Origin: Candidatus Latescibacterota bacterium
GTDB taxonomy: Bacteria; Latescibacterota; UBA2968; UBA8231
Direction: 5' to 3'
Assembly: GCA_965248265.1 (NCBI GenBank)
Contig: CBDFJF010000001.1
Span: 2,592,001-2,656,000 of the forward strand
Length of the DNA stretch: 64,000 bases
Shown: piece by piece, positions 58,096 through 64,000 of the stretch
How positions within the stretch are numbered: position 1 is the stretch's first letter
Layout of the letters: each line of letters begins with the position of its first letter
Translations under genes and position numbers: made by a program
Notes under the pieces: model-generated
Seen by the model: the letters and a program-made list of their open reading frames with translations, nothing else
Told to the model about the DNA's origin: nothing
The model's database searches: none

Positions 58096-59907
58096 TTGAA
58101 GAGCCTACCCGAATTTCTCTCCGTTTTGCGCCGTGAAGGCGAATTGGTCGAAGTCGACGCATCCGTCGATGCCGATTTGGAACTGGCTGAAATTCACCGG
58201 CGGGTCGTCGCCTGTGGGGGCCCTGCCCTGCTTTTCAAAGGGGTCAAGGGCGCTGATTTCCCATGCGTGACCAACCTGTTCGGCACCGATCGTCGCGTCG
58301 AACTCGCCTTTGGGCCGCGCCCGGAAAACTTCCTCAGGCAGGTCGTGGAGTTGGCCCATGAGCTGCCATCCCTGTCCGTGGGCAAACTGTGGGGTCATCG
58401 AAATCTGGCCCGGCAGGGGCTGCGGGTCGGGCTCAAGTCCGTCAGCAATGGCCCGGTCATGGAGTGCCGGCAGGATCCCGTCGATCTCGGACGACTGCCG
58501 CTGACGAAATCATGGCCGCAAGACGGCGGCAGCTTCTTCACCCTGGGTCTCGTCTACACCGAGCACCCGATCACCGGTCACCACAACCTGGGACTCTACC
58601 GGCTGCAGCGGCACGACGCCCAGACCACCGGAGTGCACTGGCAGATCCAGAAGGGGGGCGGCTTCCACCACTACGAGGCCGAGCGCCGCGACCAGGCGCT
58701 GCCCCTCACCGTCTTCCTCGGCGGGCCACCTGCCCTGATCATGGCCGCGATCGCGCCGCTCCCGGAGAATGTGCCGGAGCTGATTCTCGCATCACTGCTG
58801 CAAGGCGAGCGCATGCGCCGGGTTCGCAACCCTGGTGGCTCCCACCCTTTGATCGCTGAGGCAGATTTTGCCTTACACGGGACTGTCCCGCCGCATGTGC
58901 GCCGGCCGGAGGGTCCGTTCGGGGATCACTACGGTTACTACTCCCTCAAGCATGACTACCCGGTACTGGAAGTATCCAGCATCCATCATCGCCGCAACGC
59001 CGTGCTTCCTGCCACCGTCGTCGGCAAACCGCCGCAGGAAGACCTCTATCTCGGTAACTACATCCAACGACTGATGGCGCCCTTGAGCCGGCTGGTGATG
59101 CCGTCGATCGAGGCCATCTGGAGCTATGGGGAGACCGGGTACCACTGCCTCTCCAGCATTGTCGTTTCGGAGCGCTATCCCCGTGAGGCCATGAAGTTTG
59201 CCTTCCGCATTCTGGGAGAAGACGGCGGACAACTGGCGTTGACCAAATTTCTCGTCATCGTCGACGGCTCAGTGGACCTGGCCGATTTCAGGCAAGTAAT
59301 GGAGCATGTCCTCAAGCGCATCCACTTCGAGACCGACCTGTTCATTTTCGCCAACCTGGCCATGGACAGCCTCGACTACAGCGGTCCAGCCGTTAACGAG
59401 GGCAGCAAGGGTATCCTTATCGGTGTGGGTGAGCCTTGCCGGCAGTTGCCACGGGCCTTTTCCGCCTCGCCTCCTGGCGGTGCACGCCGGATCGAGGCCT
59501 ACTGCGGAGGGTGCCTCGTCGTCGAGGGTCCAGCCTACGAACAAGATCGAGAGTACCCGCAGCATCTGGCCACGGATAAGGCGGTGGCGGATTGGCCGCT
59601 CATCTTCCTCGTCGACGACGCCAGCATCGTCGACAGTAATGTGCGGTTCCTGTGGACAACCTTTACACGGTTTGAGCCGGCAGCCGACATCTACGCTGCC
59701 GCAACACGTACCCACCGGCACCACGAGTGTCTGACGGCCCCTGTCGTCATCGACTGTCGCATGAAACCGGGGTACCCCGATGAGCTCGTGACGGACGACG
59801 AGATTCTCCAACGTGTGACTCGTCGTTGGGGGGAGTACTTCCCTGATGGTAATGTCGACGGGGTCGAGGATGCCATGGGTTATTCGGGATTCAAGCGATT
59901 GAGTTGA
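58096..59907 (+). CDS. UbiD-family (prFMN-dependent) decarboxylase
   Basis: GPALLF, NLFGT, NLGLYR, PEGPFGDHYGYY and VGKPPQED. Confidence 0.88.
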   Translation: MKSLPEFLSVLRREGELVEVDASVDADLELAEIHRRVVACGGPALLFKGVKGADFPCVTNLFGTDRRVELAFGPRPENFLRQVVELAHELPSLSVGKLWGHRNLARQGLRVGLKSVSNGPVMECRQDPVDLGRLPLTKSWPQDGGSFFTLGLVYTEHPITGHHNLGLYRLQRHDAQTTGVHWQIQKGGGFHHYEAERRDQALPLTVFLGGPPALIMAAIAPLPENVPELILASLLQGERMRRVRNPGGSHPLIAEADFALHGTVPPHVRRPEGPFGDHYGYYSLKHDYPVLEVSSIHHRRNAVLPATVVGKPPQEDLYLGNYIQRLMAPLSRLVMPSIEAIWSYGETGYHCLSSIVVSERYPREAMKFAFRILGEDGGQLALTKFLVIVDGSVDLADFRQVMEHVLKRIHFETDLFIFANLAMDSLDYSGPAVNEGSKGILIGVGEPCRQLPRAFSASPPGGARRIEAYCGGCLVVEGPAYEQDREYPQHLATDKAVADWPLIFLVDDASIVDSNVRFLWTTFTRFEPAADIYAAATRTHRHHECLTAPVVIDCRMKPGYPDELVTDDEILQRVTRRWGEYFPDGNVDGVEDAMGYSGFKRLS

Positions 59908-59920
59908 AGGGGAGAGCATC

Positions 59921-60796
59921 ATGAAGTTGTCTCTGTCCGTCCGCGTGGCCGAGAAGTTCAGTTCCAAGCGCGACGCCGACATGACGTTGTCCGAACTCGC
60001 CGATGTGGCGGTGACAGAGGGCTTTCACGCCCTGTGCATGCGGGCTTCGCAGGTCGGCACCCACAGTTCGACAGAGGAGGTGATCGAAGCCCGTCGCGTG
60101 CTCGAAACGCGCGGCCTCGGCTGCTCCATGGTCACGGGGGATTTTGTCATTCCGGAGAACACCGATGAGGGACCTCTGGCGCTCCGCGACATCCGGCCCT
60201 ATCTGGATCTGGCTGCGGCCCTCGATTGCGACCTGCTGCGCATCTGTATGAAGGAGGAAGCGGATATTGAATGGGCCCAGCGGGCAGCCGATGAGGCCGC
60301 AGAGAGAAGTATCCGGCTGGCGCATCAGTGTCACACCCGCAGCGTCTTCGAACTCGTCGATCGATCAGTGGAAGTCCTGCGTCAGGTAAACCGGTCCAAC
60401 TTCGGGCTCATCTACGAACCGGCCAATCTGGAGCTGTGCGGAGAGGACTTCGGTCCGCAGACGATCGCCCGGTTCGCACCCTACATCTTCAACGTCTACC
60501 TGCAGAATCACCGCTTGAACCCGCAGGGTGCCAGCAGTCTGGAAACCTGGGCAAGGGGTAGTGTCGGTTTCGATCAGATCCCCATATGGGAAACGGGCGG
60601 TATCGATTTGGGGCCGGTGTTCGACGCCCTGAGCCTTGCCGAGTACGATGGCTTCGTGACCGTGCACCAGGCATCCGCTGCGTTGGGCGGTGGCGTTGAG
60701 GCCGCGCGCCAGTCAGGCCGGTTCCTGCGCACGGCCGCCGATTTTGATCCACCAACAGAACTCTCCCACCCGACCTCGGAGCCCGAATCATCATGA
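59921..60796 (+). CDS. Sugar-phosphate isomerase/epimerase (xylose-isomerase-like TIM barrel)
   Basis: NFGLIYEPANL, G.ID...F..L...YDGFVTVH. Confidence 0.75.
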   Translation: MKLSLSVRVAEKFSSKRDADMTLSELADVAVTEGFHALCMRASQVGTHSSTEEVIEARRVLETRGLGCSMVTGDFVIPENTDEGPLALRDIRPYLDLAAALDCDLLRICMKEEADIEWAQRAADEAAERSIRLAHQCHTRSVFELVDRSVEVLRQVNRSNFGLIYEPANLELCGEDFGPQTIARFAPYIFNVYLQNHRLNPQGASSLETWARGSVGFDQIPIWETGGIDLGPVFDALSLAEYDGFVTVHQASAALGGGVEAARQSGRFLRTAADFDPPTELSHPTSEPESS

Positions 60797-62229
60797 CCGA
60801 ACTGGCCTTCGCCGACCTGCAAACCCTTGCCAGCGCCCTGAACCGGGGCGAACTGTCTCCGGTCGAGCTCACTCAGTATTACCTGCAGCGGATCGATCGC
60901 CTCAACGGCGCCTTCAACGCCTACTTACATGTAGAGCCCGAGCGCGCCCTGGCGGCAGCCCGCGCGGCGGAACAGGCGCTCGCCGCCGGTGACAGCGTCG
61001 GCCCCCTGCACGGCATCCCGATCGCATTGAAGGATCTGATCGATGTCGCAGGAATGCCGACGGCGGGAGGATCCATCGTCTACCGAGACATTCCCGAGCG
61101 CGACGCCACGGTCACACGGCGATTGCGGCAGGCGGGGGCTGTCGTGCTGGGCAAGGCGCACCAGGTGGAACTGGCGTTTGGTGGCGTGGGCACGAACAGT
61201 CAGTACGGCACACCGTGGAACCCGTGGGACACAGTCACCCACCGTGCTCCCGGAGGTTCCAGCAGCGGATCCGCCGTCAGTGTGGCCGCGGATCTGGCGC
61301 CGGCCGCTATCGGCACGGACACCGGTGGTTCAGTCCGGATTCCATCTGCTCTGTGTGGCTTGGTCGGACTGAAGCCGACGTTCGGACGCGTCAGCAAAGC
61401 CGGCCTCATGCCGTTGGATTCTCAGCTGGACTGCGCCGGTCCGTTGGCCCGCTCAGTCGCCGATGCTGCCCTGCTTTACCAGGCGATAGCAGGGCCTGAT
61501 GCCGATGATTCCAGTACCCACACCCAACCACTGGATGATCCGCTGGCCACCATGTACGACGACGTTGCCGGCATGCGGCTCCGCATTCCCCGAGAGTATT
61601 TCTGGGATGACGTGGACCCTGAAGTCGAGGCTGCCGTCAGGGCCTCGGTGCAGACCTTCGCCGACCTCGGCGTCGACGTCGACGAAATCGCCATCGAGGA
61701 GCTCGATGATGTCGCCCAGGTGCGAGCTCGCGGCAGCCTGATCGCCGTCGAGGCCTATCTGAATTTCGGCGCTGAAATCGAGTCGGACCCGAATGCCTTC
61801 GACCCGGTGGTGCTGTCGCGTATCAGGGACGGCGAGAGCATGCGGGCGTTCGAATACCTCAGTATTCAACGAGACAATGAGCGACTGAGGAAGCGCTTCG
61901 CGGCGTCGATCCGCCACCTCGATGTGCTGTTGACACCGACCGTGCCGCTGGTAGCTCCGGCCGTGGATGATGTCGCCGACCGCGAGCAGTACGCCCGGAC
62001 CAACATGCTGCTGTTGCGCAACACCTCAGCCGTTAATCTGCTCGGCCTGTGCGCCCTCTCCGTACCCTGCGGCTTCACCCGCGGTGGCCTTCCAATCGGT
62101 CTGCAGTTGATCGCTCCCGCCTTCGGCGAACAACAGGTGTTGCGCTTGGGACAGGCCTACGAGCAGGCCACCGAGTGGCACCAACAGCATCCTGATCTGG
62201 AAGCACTCGAGGACGATGCCGGCGCGTGA
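60793..62229 (+). CDS. Amidase-signature family protein
   Basis: PLHGIPIALKD, PGGSSSGS, GTDTGGSVRIP and GLKPTFGRVS. Not flanked by gatB/gatC, so not called gatA. Confidence 0.9.
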   Translation: MTELAFADLQTLASALNRGELSPVELTQYYLQRIDRLNGAFNAYLHVEPERALAAARAAEQALAAGDSVGPLHGIPIALKDLIDVAGMPTAGGSIVYRDIPERDATVTRRLRQAGAVVLGKAHQVELAFGGVGTNSQYGTPWNPWDTVTHRAPGGSSSGSAVSVAADLAPAAIGTDTGGSVRIPSALCGLVGLKPTFGRVSKAGLMPLDSQLDCAGPLARSVADAALLYQAIAGPDADDSSTHTQPLDDPLATMYDDVAGMRLRIPREYFWDDVDPEVEAAVRASVQTFADLGVDVDEIAIEELDDVAQVRARGSLIAVEAYLNFGAEIESDPNAFDPVVLSRIRDGESMRAFEYLSIQRDNERLRKRFAASIRHLDVLLTPTVPLVAPAVDDVADREQYARTNMLLLRNTSAVNLLGLCALSVPCGFTRGGLPIGLQLIAPAFGEQQVLRLGQAYEQATEWHQQHPDLEALEDDAGA

Positions 62230-62303
62230 GTCCGAGTACCGCGCACTGCCGCGTTTCAGCCAAGAATGGGTCGGAATGGTAGGTTAAGTAGGGTTCGGAA
62301 CTC

Positions 62304-62332
62304 TTGCGACTTACCAGCACGGCTTCTATATT
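62304..62332 (+). promoter_or_regulatory. Sigma70-type promoter for tRNA-Glu
   Basis: TTGCGA, 17 bp, TATATT. Confidence 0.65.
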
Positions 62333-62380
62333 CTCGTCTCCCGAACAAACGCCCCGTGCGAGCTGCTTTTCAGTTTTTTC

Positions 62381-62455
62381 GCTCCCATCGTCTAGCGGTT
62401 AGGACCCCAGATTTTCATTCTGGTAACCGGAGTTCGACTCTCCGTGGGAGTACCA
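62381..62455 (+). tRNA. tRNA-Glu (anticodon TTC)
   Basis: Acceptor GCTCCCA/TGGGAGT, D arm GTCTAGCGGTTAGGAC, anticodon arm CCAGA-TTTTCAT-TCTGG, T arm CGGAG-TTCGACT-CTCCG, encoded CCA. Confidence 0.96.
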
Positions 62456-62489
62456 TAATAACCGTTTTTGACACAACGGTTTGTGCGAC

Positions 62490-62517
62490 CAGAAGGCCCT
62501 TTGTTGAGGGCCTTCTG
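62490..62517. terminator. Hairpin between convergent tRNA-Glu and CNNM genes (probable terminator)
   Basis: CAGAAGGCCCT-TTGTTG-AGGGCCTTCTG perfect 11-bp stem; the U-tract is weak. Confidence 0.6.
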
Positions 62518-62527
62518 TGGTGCGCCA

Positions 62528-63571
62528 TTACCGATCCGTGCCGCCTTCCCCAAGTGTCTTCTGCCTCCGCCGTCGCGCCAGCTCACGCAGATCGGCCACC
62601 TGATCGAATTCGTCAACGATTTCCTTGCCCAGGATCTCTTCCAGGACATCCTCCAGGGAAACCAGTCCGACCAGGCCTCCGAATTCATCGACTACCATCG
62701 ATAAGTGCTGGCGGCGCTCCATCAACATGCGCAGCAAACGATCCACGCTCAGACTCTGAGCAACGAAATCAACCGGCCGCATCAACTCTTCGACCCGCAT
62801 TTCACCCTGGCCGTCGGCCATCGCCGTGAGCAGGTCTCGGCGCAACGCCATACCCACGACATCGTCTGCATCCTTGTCGAAGACGGGGATGCGACTGTAG
62901 TTGAGCAGTCCGCTGTTGTCCTTCACCTCCTGCAGGGTGGCGTCCGCGCTCAGAGAGAACACGACCGTGCGAGGCGTCATGATCTCGCTGACCGACTTGG
63001 CCTGCAGCGACAGCACATTCTGGATGACCTCCGCTTCGTCCGCCTCGATGGCGCCAGCCTTCAGTCCCATTCGAGCCATCGACAAAAGCTCATCCTGCGA
63101 GACCTCATCCTGGACCTTACCGCGCGAAATCAGTTTGGTGACGAAACCGGTGAGCCAGATGAAGGGCGTAAAGAGTATGACGAGGATGTTCAAGGGCTGC
63201 GCGATGACGACAGACAGGGTGCGATTGTAGACGACGCCGGCTGTCTTCGGAATGACCTCCGAAAACATCAAGATCGCGAGCGTGAAGAAAGCGGAGAAAT
63301 AGGCGAGCCAGTCAGAGCCGAACACCTTCAATGCGGCCGCGCCAGCAATGGCAGCGCCTGCCGTGTTGGCCATCGTGTTCAGCGACAGAATGGCGGAAAT
63401 CGGTCGATCCACATCCTGTCTCAAGCGCTGCAATATGTGACCGGCGCGGCGTCCCTCGGTGGCCATGGATTCTATGTGGCTCAATGGCACCGAGTAGAGG
63501 ACAGCCTCGAACAGAGAGCACATCGCGGAAATCAGAACCGCGGCACTGACGGCTACTACCAGTTCGAGCAT
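62528..63571 (-). CDS. CNNM/CorC-HlyC family protein (DUF21 plus CBS pair)
   Basis: SAMCSLFEA, ILSLNTMAN, FSEVIPK, IMTPR, YSRIPV and VVDEFGG..SLEDVLEEILG. Confidence 0.9.
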   Translation of the reverse strand: MLELVVAVSAAVLISAMCSLFEAVLYSVPLSHIESMATEGRRAGHILQRLRQDVDRPISAILSLNTMANTAGAAIAGAAALKVFGSDWLAYFSAFFTLAILMFSEVIPKTAGVVYNRTLSVVIAQPLNILVILFTPFIWLTGFVTKLISRGKVQDEVSQDELLSMARMGLKAGAIEADEAEVIQNVLSLQAKSVSEIMTPRTVVFSLSADATLQEVKDNSGLLNYSRIPVFDKDADDVVGMALRRDLLTAMADGQGEMRVEELMRPVDFVAQSLSVDRLLRMLMERRQHLSMVVDEFGGLVGLVSLEDVLEEILGKEIVDEFDQVADLRELARRRRQKTLGEGGTDR

Positions 63572-63801
63572 GTTGCAGACTATCTCCTTGCGGATCGTGT
63601 GTTTGGATAGGAAGGCCAGGTAATGAACGCGGCTTCCCCCAAGTTACGTTATCTTCCGTCAGGTGGCTCGTTGCTTAGTTCAGCCGCGCCGGTAGCGCCC
63701 CAACATCCGACCCGGACGACCACCACCCCACTGATAGTCCACCCGTCTCCAACTTGCACAACGGATCAGGATAATTCGCCTCTTGATTGTGAGTCTTTTC
63801 T

Positions 63802-64000
63802 GTGATCGACCCTGATTCCGATTCCGCTCAAAAGACTGTCACGCTGACCACGCGGGCCATCCGCGGCGCTTTCTGGACCAGCAGCCCGTTTCTGCTGCAG
63901 ATGGGCGTTCGCCTGGTGTTTTTCAGCGATCAGGGACCAGCGGCAATGGGGTTATTCGATGTCGCCCTGTTACTGGTAATGTTTCTCGCCCTGCTGAGCG
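63802..64000 (+). CDS. Wzx-type flippase-like protein (partial; runs off the window end)
   Basis: Manual translation from GTG 63802: MIDPDSDSAQKTVTLTTRAIRGAFWTSS...PAAMGLFDVALLLVMFLALLS, resembling a WzxC N-terminus. Confidence 0.6.
   Translation, partial: MIDPDSDSAQKTVTLTTRAIRGAFWTSSPFLLQMGVRLVFFSDQGPAAMGLFDVALLLVMFLALLS

Noticed and set aside
60793-62229. gatA
   Set aside because: Amidase signature only; no gatC/gatB neighbours, and it is coupled to a TIM-barrel epimerase gene.
62381-62527. tRNA-Glu as an integration site of a mobile element
   Set aside because: No integrase and no duplicated tRNA 3' end seen in the window; the flanks are housekeeping genes.

Overview
A GC-rich (roughly 60%, by eye) core-chromosome window from a diderm bacterium. 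Gene content (FlgD/T9SS-like C-terminal domains, 'GFDDFFxFA' dockerin-like repeats, lolC-lolD-mcsA-mcsB-clpC-bamA synteny) suggests the FCB group, possibly Candidatus Latescibacterota or a relative; this is inference only. Bases 1-27.6 kb are a single minus-strand run: a 1.5-kaa S-layer-like secreted protein and a partner, moaD/moaE, a dual-specificity phosphatase, a small Zn-finger protein, a YbbR-like protein, tsaD, a VWA protein, ftsK, lolA, an S8 protease, frameshifted prfB, lolC/E, lolD, mcsA-mcsB-clpC and partial bamA. Bases 28-38 kb hold a glycan locus (O-antigen-ligase/TPR fusion, GT2, sulfotransferase, flippase, YfhO-like GT-C, GT4). The rest holds hisG-hisD-hisB, rdgB, guaB, arsC, an aquaporin, cnoX, a GT-C/TPR fusion, GH88, acnA, a UbiD-family gene, an amidase, tRNA-Glu(TTC) and a CNNM protein. 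I found no transposase, integrase, prophage or CRISPR array. The best candidates for something new are: (1) an unassigned ~118-nt structured RNA with its own promoter upstream of ftsK; (2) a putative surface-array system, in which an S-layer-like protein carrying both dockerin-like and cohesin-like modules is expressed from a near-consensus promoter through a ~325-nt structured leader, next to a sulfated-glycan transfer locus; (3) a MoaD whose Gly-Gly is masked by a C-terminal extension; (4) an aquaporin with a plant TIP/AQP8-like filter. All calls come from visual motif recognition; no searches were run.
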